A DNA stretch of 64,000 nucleotides from Octopus vulgaris (taxonomy: Eukaryota), in contig OX597836.1 in the NCBI GenBank assembly GCA_951406725.2, forward strand, positions 5,766,001 to 5,830,000, in the 5' to 3' direction. Made by a program: the position numbers and the translations under genes. This document shows positions 25,270 through 42,632 of this stretch, one piece after another. Every line of letters starts with the position of its first letter. Within the stretch, counting starts at the first letter, position 1. The notes under the pieces are model-generated. The model did no database searches. It saw only the letters and a program-made list of their open reading frames with translations, and was not told the origin of the DNA.

Positions 25270-26240
25270 GAGGAGATTTGGCTGCTATTTCTAACAATTT
25301 GAGAGACCACGCAGGGTCCTCGTTTGTATCTTAGCGTTGTCTTACTTAAAATTGCCGTTGTTGTTGTTGTTGTTGTTTTTGTCAACGATGACGAAGCCAA
25401 GGAAGATGATGATGATGATGAATAACACCAGGTCTGTCCTTGTTAAGCTGACCTGTGACGAACAACGGCGTTCCGGCCATGACTGTCTCGTCTACCTCCT
25501 ACAGCTGGTCAGCGTCCAATGTGACCATATGCTACATTGCAACGTATTGACGAATCTGAGTGATTTGCACGAAAGCCTTGGCTGCTATTTCTCGCAGATC
25601 CAGTAACCACGTAGAGGATCCACTCGTTGTCAGTGTTGTAACAGTTCCCAGTTTTGTTGCACCCGTTATTGCTGTTGTTATTGTTGTTGCTGTTGTTGTT
25701 GTATAACCCTCGGTCAGTCCTAATCCAGTTGACCTATCATCAAAGATATCTGGCTATGACCAGCTGCAATTTTTATTTCATTTAATATTTTTTTTGTTCA
25801 TCAGGCATAGTGTATCAAGGACTACATTATCCAGCGTTTCCTTTCGTAAAAAGTGGCTTGTTTCTGTTGTTTATAACCAAAGGCGTTCTAACCTGGCCCA
25901 CCACGTATGTCTAGCGACTGTATTTTTTAACGTGTCCTTTCAAAGCAGATTCTTTGCTGTTGTAGCTGTTATTGTTGATGATGATGATGATGTTTATCCC
26001 AATGGTTGTAGTAATCCAGTAGCTCTATAACGAAACGTATTCCAACCGTGACAACTCCGTTTATTTCCACAGCATATGTGATACAGCTATCAGATCTGTT
26101 TTGTTTAGATTTTTCTTATTTTTTTTTTTGGTCTTTTTTTTTTAATCCCCTTATTAAAGACACAAACAATGACATTTTAAGGAGGGAAGGGTGGGCGATT
26201 TGGCTGCTATTTCTAGCGAGTTAGTCTGCCACTTAAACAG
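25270..26240 (+). repeat. Degenerate dispersed/tandem repeat with the core gatttggctgctatttct (related pieces near 20540-20610 and 21850-22200)
   Basis: The core recurs near 21856, 22172, 25279, 25580 and 26202, with similar downstream segments (ccaggtc..gacct.tga..ccagccatgac). Confidence 0.55.
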
Positions 26241-26269
26241 CCTTGTCGCTGACCCTTATATTCCTACTT

Positions 26270-27319
26270 TCACTATCGCTGTTGTTGTTGTTGTTGTCGT
26301 TACAGCTGATGTCACTTCGTCGTTCACTACAGTTGACATTCGCCTTCGTTGTTGCTGTTCTCGTTGTCACTGTCGTAGCCGCTAGTCTTGTTGTTGTTGT
26401 TGTTGCTGTTGTTGTTCTTGCTGCTGCTGCTGTAGTTGTTTATTTTCGTTTATTATTGTTTATTGGCCCTTTCGTCTGTTGTTGCTGTTGTTGTCACTAT
26501 TGCAGTGTTGTTGTTGTTGTTGTTGTTATTCTTCTTGCCTTTGTTGCTATTGTTGCAATTTTTTTCTTCGTTCGTTTTGTTTTTGTTGCTAATGATGATA
26601 CTAGTTACGATGAAATCGTTGACGCGCTGGACGTACATACGTGCTATTAGCCTTGTTGTTGTTGCTGTTTTGGTCACTAACCCCGTCTTGTTGTTGTTGT
26701 TGTTGTTGTTGCTACTCTTCTTCTTCTTCTTCTTCTTCTTCTTGTTCCTGTTGTTAATTTGTTTGTATTTTTTCCGTCATCGCTTCCGCTGATTTCTCTC
26801 TTTCTTTCCTTTTCCTTTTTTCTCTGTCATCGTCATCGTAGCTTGCCGTGGTTGCCATCACACCTACCATTGCTGTCACAATTCTGTCTGCCATTTCTAA
26901 AGCCTCTTCTTCGTCTGTAGTTTCCACGCTTCTACTATTGACGCTGCTGCTACGACTACTACCACTAACACTACTACTACTACTACTACTGCTACTACTA
27001 CTACTGCTGCTGCTGTAACTGCCGCTGCTGTCATCACTGTCGCTGGTTCGTCGTTGTCAACCTCTTTCTTCTTCTCCTCTTCCTCCTCCTCCTCCTTCTC
27101 TTGAAATGCTGCCACCAGCACCGCTGCCTCTGTCACTGCTGCTGCTGCTGCTGCTATTACTACAACTACTACTACTACTGCTTATGATAACTGCCGCTGC
27201 TGCTGCTGCTGTTGTTGCTGCCGCCGCCGCTGCTGCTCCGCTTGTCGGTGCCATCTTTGTCGACGTCACCAACTTCGCAAAAACGTTTTTATCGTAGTCG
27301 CCGTCATCATCATCACCAC

Positions 27320-27353
<34 letters not shown>

Positions 27354-27643
27354 GTCATCATCATCGTTGTTGTCGGCGTCGTCATTTTCATCATCTTCTT
27401 CTGTCTCCACCCTCCTCCACCTGAAGCTAACACCGGCCCCGCAATGATATTGTGCGTAGCGTTGTCGCTTTCACAGTAGTAGTAGTAGTGGTGGTAGTAG
27501 TAGTAGTTGTAGTAGTAGTAGTAGCAGCAGCAGCAGCAGTAGCAGTATAGTTGGTTGTAGAAGTTATTGTAGCAACAGCAGTACTAGTAGTAGTAGTAGT
27601 AGTAGTAGTAGTGGCAGCAGTTGCAGTAGTAGTAGCAGCAACA

Positions 27644-27701
<58 letters not shown>

Positions 27702-28223
27702 AAGTAGTAGTAGTAGTAGTAGCAGCAGCAGCAATTGCATTTGTGATTGTTCTTACAGCCGCTGCTGCTGCTGCTGCTGCTGCTGTTGCTGCTAATGTTG
27801 CTGCTGTTGTAGTTGTTGTCGTTGCTGTTGTTGTTGTTGTTGTTGTTGTTGTTGCTGTTGCTGTTGCTGCTGCCGTTCTTGGTGTTTATCGTAAGCTGCC
27901 GCTTCTTCGCCACCACAGCCACCAACACACACAACACCACACCACTACAACACCACTACAACACCACTGCACACCACCACTACCATCTCTACCACCCAAT
28001 CATTAACAATAACCAACAAACAAACAAACAATATTGTCACTGCCTTCCTCATCATCGTCATCATCATCACCATCATAATCATCATCATCGTCATCATCAC
28101 CACAACCACCACCACCGCCGCCGCCGCCACCATCATCATCATCAGCAGCAGAATCGCCACCATTGTCGTTACCGTTAACCTCCCCCCCCCTGCCAACACC
28201 ACCACTACCACTACTACTACTAT

Positions 28224-28254
<31 letters not shown>

Positions 28255-28498
28255 ACTCTTATCGCCATCGCCACCACTGCCACCACCACCATCACCACCA
28301 CCACCACCATTACTACTACCGCTATAGCAACACCACCGCACAAGCGCATATACATATGTAATCGCATTCATACGCCGTGCCATGTATGCCTAGCACCGTT
28401 CTACCATTCTATAGGCGCGCACACACACACTCACACACACACACACACAACCACTCACGCACTTACACACATAACTACATATCTACATACACAGAATA

Positions 28499-28534
<36 letters not shown>

Positions 28535-28655
28535 GTATGTATGTATGTATGTATATATATACACTCGCTCGCACATTCGGTATTCGTCACGCATTTTACA
28601 TTACAGAAGGCGCTGCGCACACTCACACAATTTATACACCGTACGTACACACACG

Positions 28656-28733
<78 letters not shown>

Positions 28734-29494
28734 GCACACTCGCACACATTTTTACAGACACACCCAATAACACACACACACACACACGTTCCATAACTGC
28801 ACAACCCGGAAATTGAAACCGTATCCCCGCTACTAACAGGTCGAGTGCTGCCACTGTCGCCACCGCCGCCACTGGCGCTGACGCCGACGCCAACTCCGAC
28901 ACCGACTTCGACGCCACTGCTCCCGCCGCTGCCGCTCTCGCCGCCATCTTCACCACCATCATCATCATCATCACCATCACCATCTTCATCGTTGCCCTCA
29001 TCGTCATCATCATCGCAACACCGACATACGGACAGACATACAGACAGGCAGGCAGGCAGGCAGACAGACAGACGGACGGACAGGCAGACAGACAGGCAGA
29101 CAGGCAGCACACACATCTCTCGATACACACAACTGCATCACATCTTAAAACATTCACACACACTCACACACATGTATCTACCATGTATATACACACACGC
29201 ACATTCTACATCATTTTATACACACACTGACTACTACAACCACCACCACCACCACCACTACCACTACCACCACCACTATTAACCGTAATACCAGCACCGA
29301 AACTACAACAATACTCCACATCGTATCACACGGATATACCACTGTGAGTACCATCGCTCAAACTCCTTGTTTGTCTCTCTCTCTCTCTCTCTTCCTCCGT
29401 GTCTATATCTTTTTCTTCACCACTGTCTGACAAAAATATCCTTACTGCTACTACAGCACAAATTCTACTACTACTACTACTACTACTACTACTG

Positions 29495-29528
<34 letters not shown>

Positions 29529-29639
29529 CATAACCAAAAAAAAAAAAACTACTATAACATCAACATACCAGCGCTAACACTGACAACTATATCCAATACT
29601 GTAGCGACTGTCACATAAGCTAATTTCTTCTTCTTCTTC

Positions 29640-29690
<51 letters not shown>

Positions 29691-30287
29691 GTCATCGTTA
29701 TCACCATCAACATCATCAGCATCACAATCGCTCTTTTTTTTCTTCTTTTTTTTTTCTTTTTCTCTGTTAAACCGTTGTCAGTTTCAGTAACCACTAAAAA
29801 AACTACCATAAAAACACTACAACCGCTTAAACACACAAAAAAAAAACGCTGTTACCGCTTTTTGAAACTTACCACTAGAAACTGCCACACGTACAACTGT
29901 TCTATATGACCACCACACCGACTGCTAACGCCGACACTCTAACAACACACCGACGTTATCATAGTCACTTTGACCGTTGTCGTCGCCACTCGTTACCGAA
30001 ACCACTAACACACGGCGACGACTACCACTACTATTACTACTACCACCACTATCATCAACATCATCATCATCATCATCGTCGCCGTGGTCGCCGTCGTCGA
30101 CGGCGATACCACCCCCATTAAAGCCAAAACAACAACCATCACCATCACCATCGCCATCACCAACAGCAGTAAAGTGTACCACCTATTTTTTCCTCATTTT
30201 TCACCGCCTCAAAGCAATAAGCGCAACCGAAACCTAAACCAAACCATTAACACGAGAACCATTACCACCACCACCACCACCACCACC

Positions 30288-30346
<59 letters not shown>

Positions 30347-30815
30347 GATTGCCGCTTTAACGCCGCGGCTGCCGACAACGTCACCTTTTTACCACCGATA
30401 ACAAACTAAAACAAGAAAAAAAAAAGGAAAAACAGGGGGGGATACAACAATACTATCAATGATTATTTAACCCTTTCGTGCCATCCACCACGACCATAAC
30501 CTCAACCACAACTAGATATATACGATCGCAACCACTGCATGCTACATGGTACACACACAACACACTACAATAGCTGTATCATATTTTAACACGATTGCCA
30601 TTGCTACAAAATAACCGTTTTCTGTTCGCTACAACACAAAACGAAACGCAACCACCAGCTATACTGCCGCCACAACCATACTCGCAACTACGGCAGTACA
30701 TGCTACAGTACACCGACATCACACCGACCAGACCACCCTTGCTATCGCCACAACTGTATAACCCACCACTATCACCATCACCATCACCACCACCACCACA
30801 ACCACGATCGTCATT

Positions 30816-30847
<32 letters not shown>

Positions 30848-31200
30848 TATCATTATCATAATCATCATCATTGTCACCGTCGCCAACACCGACACCTTCA
30901 CCGCCGCCACCATCAATACCATCACCACTACCACCACCACAACAACAACAAGAACACAAACGTACAACAAACCACCGCCACATCATACCACCACAACCAT
31001 CAATAACCGCCACCATTACCACCACCACCTCCAAACACTACTACCACCACCACAACCACCACCACTACTACTACCATCACTACCACTACCACCATCACTA
31101 CCATCATTATCATTATCATCACCATCAGCAATCATTGACATCAGCATCATCATTACCCTCATCATCATCACCGCCATTTCATTTTACTACCACCATCATC
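26270..31200. repeat. ~5-kb mosaic of trinucleotide repeats (GTT, GCT, GTA, CAT, CAC, GCC) upstream of the CACNG exon
   Basis: Read directly from the sequence. Confidence 0.88.
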
Positions 31201-31221
31201 ATTAGAACAGACATATATATA

Positions 31222-31238
31222 TTTGTATTCCTCTACAG
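31222..31238 (+). other. Candidate splice acceptor upstream of the CACNG start codon, implying an upstream non-coding exon
   Basis: A pyrimidine-rich tttgtattcctctacAG ends at 31238, 54 nt before the ATG, exactly where simple-repeat sequence gives way to unique sequence. Confidence 0.45.
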
Positions 31239-31292
31239 AAGACGACGTAGACGAGGCCGAGTAGGGGTGACTTATGGACGCTCAGTATTACG

Positions 31293-31491
31293 ATGGACGT
31301 TTGTGGCAAGAAAAGATTGTTAATGGTTATGACAAGTGGATGTGCAGGGGCTGCCTTCGGTTTGCTCTGTATAGCTGTTGCCACAGATTACTGGCTGTTC
31401 ACATCGGAACGGATACAGGATGCTTCTTACAACACTTCAGCTATCTATAAAAGGACCTACTCCGGATTATGGAGAAAATGCGAGCGAACGG
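31293..31491 (+). CDS. CACNG: First coding exon of a stargazin/TARP-like voltage-dependent calcium channel gamma subunit (PMP22/claudin superfamily)
   Basis: Translation MDVCGKKRLLMVMTSGCAGAAFGLLCIAVATDYWLFTSER...TYSGLWRKCERT-G contains TM1 ending in IAVATDYWL and the SGLWRxC motif typical of CACNG/stargazin N-termini. A canonical donor G|GTGAGT follows at 31492, in phase 1 directly after the GLW-C motif. The paralogue number cannot be assigned. Confidence 0.9.
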
Positions 31492-33389
31492 GTGAGTCCA
31501 GCAAAAAAAAAAAAAAAACACCTTAATTCCTCTCTCTGCTTTTGTTTTGTTTTTTTTCTGTTTGTATGCTTGATATTTTTTCTTTTGGTCATTCACATTT
31601 TTGATTTCCTTTCCTGGTTCATTACCATGATCATTATTATTATTATCATCATTACCATTATTATTATTATTATTATTATTATCATTATTATGATTATTGT
31701 TATTGTTATTATGATTATTATGATGTTGATCCCTATGATATAATGTAACCCAAAATAACAAATCTATAAAGAATTTAACAGATTCGTGTATGTATATAAA
31801 TATACATACATATATACACATATACATGCCTATATATATAGGCATATATATATACATGTATGTATATTACATATGTATAGATTAACAGATAGAGACATAC
31901 ATGCGATTATATGAATATAAAAATATACATACATATATAACAGTATATATATTATATAATAATATATATATATATATATATATACCTATATACACGTATG
32001 TATTATATATATTATATATATACATAAAAACAAGTATGTATGTATATATATATACATAAATACTTTTTATCTTTTTATACACACTCTCTGTCTGTCTGTC
32101 AGTCTCTGTCTTTCCTCCCCCTCCCTCCCTCCCTCTCCCCCCTCTCTCACACTGTTTCACTCGCTCTTCGTTTCACTCCTCCCCTCCTCTTTCTCCCTCT
32201 TTCTCTCTTTTCCTCTCTCTCTCTCCCTCACAAACTATGTTATGTCTATGTCACCATCTGTTGCTCTCTCTCTTTCTTCTCTCTCTCACCATCTCTCTCT
32301 CTCCCTCTTACTTTTGCTCATTCTCTCCTCTTAGCCATTCACATGCAACAACCACCATTCATTTCTCTGCCTTTCTATTTTAAATTCAAACATCTCCTCC
32401 TCCCCTCTCTCTCTCTCTCTCACTCTCTCCCTATCTATATCCCTCACTCTCAATTCTCTCCTTCAAAATCCCCTTCTACACCTCTATATATGTGTGTGTG
32501 TATCTTTCCCTCGCGCTTTCTCATTCTCTCTCATCCTCCTCCCCTCCCTCATACACTCCCTCCTACCACCTCTATTCTCTCACCCTTTCTCTCTGCTACT
32601 CACACTCACTCTCACCGCCACTCCTTCTCACAATCTCCTCCACTCAATCGGTCTCCGTTTGACTCTGCCACACATGCTTTCCTCTTCACGCAATCCTCCA
32701 CTCACTCTTACACACCGAACTATCTTATTTATCTATCGACATCTCCACATATCGCTCAATCCATGTTATCAGTCCGACCGTCTGTCCATCCGTCTGTCTG
32801 TCAGTCAGTCTGTCAGTCTGTCTGTCATTCAGTCTGTCAGTCTTACTGTCTGTCCATCTACCTATCTATCAATCCATCCGTTAATCCATTCCACCCCCAC
32901 CCACCCTGCCAGCCATGTTTCTATACCTGTCTCACGAACGCTCCCACCCGAAATATGCTACCCAGACACATTCGCACACACACACAATGTACTCACACAT
33001 ATATACATACGTACACGCACACATACACACACATATATATATATATATATACATATATGTGTATATGTGCGTGTTTATATATCTATATACCAATTCATTT
33101 CGTTTTCTATACCGCTTTATCACTATTCGTATCCGTCAATTTATATATTTATCAATCTATCAAACCCTCTGTACGAGTATATATATATGTACTCCGTTGC
33201 ACACGCATATGATGATGAACATTATTATTATATACTATTCTTGGTTTCACTGTTCTCCATATTTCCTTGGTTCCTGTCTAAATGTTATAGTTCTTACTAC
33301 TGCATACAAATATGTATATATATTTATGTGTGTGTGTGTATTCAGATATATACATGTTTACATACATGCATATAGATAGATATACATAC

Positions 33390-33465
<76 letters not shown>

Positions 33466-33656
33466 GTATATACACATACGTATGTACATACTTGTACATA
33501 TATACATATAAACACACACACATACCTGGCTATATTCCGCTGAAATCGTCGCAAAGATTTCATACACCATAGATTTTGTAGCCATGCTTCCCATGTGGCA
33601 TATTACGAAGTTAACGCTATCACTACTGCCAACACCAATGAATAAATTTAATAGCG

Positions 33657-35200
<1,544 letters not shown>

Positions 35201-35369
35201 AGAATTTCTTTAGAATTATAAACGAAGCTTTTTAATTGTAGTTGATATAAATCAGTGCTTTTTGCTACGGCGGTGGGGGAGGTGTAGGATGTGTTTAGTA
35301 AGAGTGTACACAAAAGTACACGCATATATATGTGTCTGTGTATGTATGTGTGTATGTATATATGTATGT

Positions 35370-35461
<92 letters not shown>

Positions 35462-35550
35462 TTATACCCTCCATCTGTCACCTTAAAGCAATTAAGATTA
35501 TTATTTTCATTTGTATCATCATCCACGTCCTTACAGCTCTAATTATTCTA

Positions 35551-35657
<107 letters not shown>

Positions 35658-35659
35658 TG

Positions 35660-35711
<52 letters not shown>

Positions 35712-36579
35712 TGATGATGATGATAATAATAATAATAATGATAATAATAATGATTATAATGCCAGTGGTACCACTTCTACCATATTTTTGACATCGAATA
35801 TTGTACCATTACAGGAAACATTTTAAGCAAATGTAAAAATATACAAGAGTGAGATCGCTTGCCACGATGAACGATTATGAATTTTCTGTGAGTGCGTGTG
35901 TGTGAGAGAGAGTGCGTGTGTGTGCGTGTGTGAGACGAAATTTCAAGCAGATATATGTGTATAAGTATATTTTGAAGTATCTATACGCTCACTCTCTCTC
36001 ACACACACACAAAAACATATACACATACCTATACTTTACATATATTCTATCATATCAATTTATGTGTGAACGTGTGTCCATCTAACTTACAATCTCTAAT
36101 GCCACACACACACACACACATACATACATACATATACATTCGTACCGACAGATATATATATAGTCATTGATATATACATGTGTATATCTACATGCATATA
36201 ATGGCTCTACCTCAACATGCTTCCTACAGAAGTAGTGAAACACACACACTGTAGTATCGAAGATGGTAAGCACAGCTTCAACGTGCAACGATGTACCTGA
36301 GTGTCATCCTCCTTCTCTCCCCCCTCTCTCCCACTACATTTATATGTGTGTAAATGTTTCAGAGAGAGTGTGTGTGTGCGTGCGGGCACGCTGTCAGTTT
36401 GTGTTGAATGTCGTGTAATATATGATACAGGTATCACAACAAGAGTTCACTTTGTCTTAGTTTGGTATACACATATATGCATACATACATATATATATAA
36501 TTACATATATCAATATATATATACATATATCAAAATATATATATATACATATATATATGTATACACACCTTCAGATATT

Positions 36580-36653
<74 letters not shown>

Positions 36654-37001
36654 AGTACATAGATCATTAGATGTATAGAGAGATATAGGTGTCATACACA
36701 TATACACATACACACATGGACACATACACACACATACACACATACAAACATATGCACATATGTACATATATATATGTGTGTGTGTGTGTGTGTGTCTGTG
36801 TGTGTGTGTGTATGTGTGTGTGTGTTTGTATGTATATAAATATATTATACATGAAACTTTCTCGTGTTTTTCCACGCTCAGATGTTATATATATATATAT
36901 AATTGCCTCGAATTATATTATATAATATTTTACTATAAAATTGGATTTAACCCTAAATCTGATTTTTCCCTGTAATTTTGGATTCATTCCCTAATATTTA
37001 T

Positions 37002-37138
<137 letters not shown>

Positions 37139-37185
37139 GTATGGGGTATAGATATACATAAATATGTGTGTATGTATGTGTGAGA

Positions 37186-37219
<34 letters not shown>

Positions 37220-37638
37220 ATGTATGTATGTATGTCCCGGAGTTTTCGTGGCCACTGAAATTTGTGAGCTTACGTGGATACTAAGGTGAAACTGTTAAAT
37301 GCATTCACGGTTATATGGCGGTTACAAAGAGACTTACGTACGTCTGTGTGTACACGCATACATACATACATACATACATACAGACATAAAACTTGCACAT
37401 TCATTCATAGATACATACACACACGTGTGAAACTGTTTTCCAAAATGGAGGCGAACACCTTTCTCCATATGATCGGGTTGAAAAATTGTTAAAAGTCACC
37501 AGGATATTTTCTTACTTTATATACATGAAACCAGTGGTAGTCATACTTCACAAATACAGATATTACATATCCATCAATGTGCTGTTGAGCACTAATTTTC
37601 ATCGTTTGACATTTACGTATGTATATATACATACATAT

Positions 37639-37706
<68 letters not shown>

Positions 37707-37735
37707 TATATATACATATATATATGTGTGTGTTT

Positions 37736-37769
<34 letters not shown>

Positions 37770-38462
37770 GTACACACACACATACATACGTTTGTAATTT
37801 GAATGAACAGGTGTGACTCGCATGCGCGGACAAGGACACTTAAACGCGGAAGAAAGCTTGATGTCTCTGCGCGCACGTATAGACGTACGCACACACACAT
37901 ACATACATCCACACATACATATATATACACACACGCTTCTTTATATATACATATCGCTATTTTTATATGTATAATCGTATATATAGATTATTGAATTATA
38001 TATATATATAAATGAATAAATATATATATATATACATATATACGTATATATTAACACATGCCCACACACACACTCACACACACACATACACACATACACA
38101 CACACATGTACCACATATTTATATATGCGCGTACAAATTCACACAGCTACACACAAAGAACATAATGTATAATTATATATATATATATATATATACAAAC
38201 ATACATTCGCACACGCGTGTAGAAGTGCATATATGTGCATATATATATATATATATACATAAGTAATTATGTGTATATGTCTCTGTGTGTGTGTGTATAA
38301 GTCTGTATGTGCAAATATGTATTAATCGCGAGTGTATAACGAATGGTTAAACACAGAATGACACGGCGTGTATATAGAAAATGGTAACATCCCTGTTTCC
38401 TTATTTCAACACATTTGTCTTGTCTCAGAGCTTAGTGAAATTCCTGAAATATTTTCCTCCTC

Positions 38463-38500
<38 letters not shown>

Positions 38501-38576
38501 CATTTCTATCTTACTCTTTCTCTGTCTTTCTCTCTCTTTTTCCCTTACTCTTTCACTCCGACGCTCTTTCTCTCTT

Positions 38577-38624
<48 letters not shown>

Positions 38625-38659
38625 ACGCAACATTACGACACTTCTCAATCTCTTTTTGA

Positions 38660-38749
38660 TCACCACCACCACCACCATCCATCGTCATCATTATCATCAT
38701 CGCCACAAGCATCGCCACCACATCGACACCACTACCACTAACCACCACC

Positions 38750-38783
<34 letters not shown>

Positions 38784-39831
38784 TCACCATCATTATCGTC
38801 ATAATAATCATCATCACCATCATCATCATTATCCTCGTCAGCTCCATCATAATGATCATCATCAATATCCTCCTCATTATCATCATCATCTCCATCACCA
38901 TCATCATCATCGTCGTCATCATCGTCATTACCATCATAATCATCATCATCATCATCGTCATCATCATCGTCATCATCGTCATCGTCACCATCACCATCAT
39001 GTGTACTGGAAACACAGAAGCCGTAGTTATTGACACCATTGACTACCGCCACATCCATTACCACCACCACCACAACCACCACCACCACCACCACCACCAC
39101 CACCACCACCACCACAACCACAACAACAACCACACACCACCAAACCACCAACAACCACCACCACCACAACCACCAACACCACAACCACCACCACCACCAC
39201 CACAACCACCAACACCACAACCACCACCACCACAACCACCACAACCACCACCACCACCACCACAACCACCACCACCGCATCCACAACCACAACAGCCACA
39301 ACCACTACTACCACCAAATCCACCACAACCAGTACTACAAACACTACCACTACCACTACCACAACCACTACCACAACCACACAGCCACAACCACTACTAC
39401 CACCAAATCCACCACAACAACCACCACCACCACAACCACCACACCACAACCACCACCACCGCATCCACAACCACAACAGCCACAACCACTACTACCACCA
39501 AATCCACCACAACAACCACCACCACCACAACCACCAACACCACAACCACCACCACCGCATCCACAACCACAACAGCCACAACCACTACTACCACCAAATC
39601 CACCACAACCAGTACTACAAACACTACCACTACCACTACCACTACCACTACTACAACCACCGCCACCTACCGCTACCCCACCACCACCCACCACCACTAC
39701 TACCACTACATTTCCCTTTGATCCCTCGGCTGTTTCATTCGACGTTCTTCTCTTCTCGTCTGCATCAGTCTGTCGGTGTCACGCTGCCCGTGCATCAGTC
39801 CTAGAGCCGGTCATCATCAGCTCCAGGTTTG

Positions 39832-39901
<70 letters not shown>

Positions 39902-39905
39902 GTCG

Positions 39906-39938
<33 letters not shown>

Positions 39939-39944
39939 ACGTCG

Positions 39945-40031
<87 letters not shown>

Positions 40032-40082
40032 ATATCATCATCATCATCATCAACGTCGTCATCATCATCATCATCATCGTCG

Positions 40083-40118
<36 letters not shown>

Positions 40119-40121
40119 ACG

Positions 40122-40160
<39 letters not shown>

Positions 40161-40225
40161 ATATCATCATCATCATCATCAACGTCGTCATCATCATCAT
40201 CATCATCATCATCAACGTCGTCATC

Positions 40226-40257
<32 letters not shown>

Positions 40258-40258
40258 T

Positions 40259-40322
<64 letters not shown>

Positions 40323-40600
40323 ACGTCGTCATCATAATCATCAACACCATCATCATCATCGTCGTTGTCGTTGTCGTCCTCGACGTCGTCATCGTCATCA
40401 TCATCATCATCGTCGTCGTCATCATCATCATCACAACCATCATCATCATCATCATCATCATCACCGTCGAGCGCATCATTGCACCCACGATGACCCACAA
40501 GATCAACACTACCACCACCACCACCACCACCACCACCACCACCACCAGCATCATCATAAATATTACCTTCACCATCATCACCATCATCAGTAGCAGCAGC
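38660..40600 (+). repeat. (CAT)n/(CAC)n/(CAA)n arrays with internal higher-order duplications
   Basis: Read directly. The block ccgcatccacaaccacaacagccacaaccactactaccaccaaatcc occurs three times in 39270-39600. Confidence 0.93.
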
Positions 40601-41676
40601 AGCAACACCGCTGTCACCACCAATTCTGTAAACTTCAATGGCAACAAGCCAGCGGAAAGTTTGGGGTCGTCGTAATCTCACGCTCGACTTTCAGACATGT
40701 CGTGAGCTGTTCTTTTAGTGGACACGGAATATAGCTTTTTGCAGATGCACCCCACCACAAACACACACACATGAATATATCATATCTGTGTATATAGCTT
40801 AAATCGACGTATATGTATATACATATGTATGTCATTGTTCAATCTTATTTCAATGTCTTGTCAATAGAGAAAGAGCCGGTTTCTAACCTAGATTTAAGGC
40901 TCCTTCACTGGAATTTCAACATCAGCAACATGGTATTTTTGTATGTATATGTCTTATGTATGTATGCTCATGCATATATTTGCATATCTAGACATGCTCA
41001 TATATATTTAAATGATAAACTTTTAGAAAGTTTTACAGATTTTTACAGTTCCAGTGATGGATTGTATCTGTAGTCTTTGAATCAGCTTTCTCCTTTCTAG
41101 TTTTGAGAAGCCTAATTTCTCAAGATTGATAGTAGAAGACATCTCCAGAATGTGTCAGGCAGTGGCACTGAACCCAGAGCCATGTGCAAATTTTCTCCCT
41201 GTGTGTGTCTATACATGTGTTAATGTATATGTATGTTAATGTATAATGTATGTTAATGTATGTTTTACTAATCGTAGGTCGCACTTCGGATGTACTACAC
41301 CTATGTCCCGTGTACCTGGATGACAATTTATTGCTATGGTTAGATTTATTGCGCTACCCAAAGATAACTGTCACGTAGGTTACGTCACATAGGTAATGGC
41401 AGGGCAGGTGTTTTTATGGGAAACATGTACTCACTCTTTCTATTACACATGTTTCCTTCAATGGAGCCAAACTTGGGTAATGTGTGTATGGGTCACTTTG
41501 CGCAAATCGACTGAAAAACTTGTGATGTTCTTACAGAACTTTTAGTGAAGTGGTTTATTTTCTTATATGTATATGTAACTCGCAGATGTATAGGTATAAG
41601 CGAAACTTAAACATACATACATATATATATACACACACATACACATACGCACACATATATATACATACATATATAT

Positions 41677-41731
<55 letters not shown>

Positions 41732-41827
41732 CTCTTTCCCTTTCAGAATTACAACTATTAGTGGTTTGGAGTCCAACTACTCTTTCTAGTGAGTCAGATG
41801 TCCTATTATGGTCGTCTCTTATGTGTT

Positions 41828-41901
<74 letters not shown>

Positions 41902-42407
41902 ATATATATATACATATATATGAGTGCATGTATGCATGTATGTATGTATGTATGTATGTATGTATGTATGTATGTATGTATGTATGTATGTATGAATGTA
42001 TGAATGTATGTATGTATGTATGTATGTTTGTATACAGAGTCACAGGAAGTACGTACGTATATTCGTATATTCATGTAAACATACTTTGGTACATACGTAT
42101 ACACACGCATTACAAGTTAATATGGCGTCGATTTTAGTCAGATCGACATGGCAGAAAAGTTCTATCTTCTATGAAAGACTTTCTATGCTATTAAAAAGTA
42201 CCCTTTGATACAAGTAGAGTTCATACAAAGACATGCACATACATATACATCCACATATATATACACATACACACACACTGATACATAGGAGTGCAGTAAA
42301 GTGCTGGATTTTGAAAATAAAAACACTAAATAAGTACTATATAATAATAATAATGATAATAATAATAATAATAATAATGATAATAATAACAATAATAATA
42401 ATAATAA

Positions 42408-42632
42408 TAATCCTTTCTACTATAGGCAAAGGGCTTGAAAGTTTGGGGAAGGGGACTTGTCGATTCCATCAACCCCAGTGTTTCACTGGTACTTAATTCA
42501 TCGACCCCCACCCCCGAAAGGACGTAAGGCAAAGTGGACAACGGTGGAATTTGAACTCAGAACAGAAAGAGAGACGAAATAGTGCAAAGCATTTCGTTCG
42601 GCGTGCTAACGGTTCTGCCACCTCGCTGCCTT
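42408..42632 (-). mobile_element. SINE family C, short-tail form, inserted in (AAT)n
   Basis: Reverse-complement match to family C, flanked on both sides by (AAT)n. Confidence 0.78.

Noticed and set aside
31492-31526. ORF-track extension GESSKKKKKTP of the CACNG exon
   Set aside because: It reads through the GTGAGT donor into intronic poly-A.
39030-40681. 435-aa, 300-aa and similar Ser/Thr/Asp/His-rich ORFs resembling mucin or acidic biomineral proteins
   Set aside because: Open in nearly all six frames because they consist of (CAT)n/(CAC)n. No signal peptide or unique domain.
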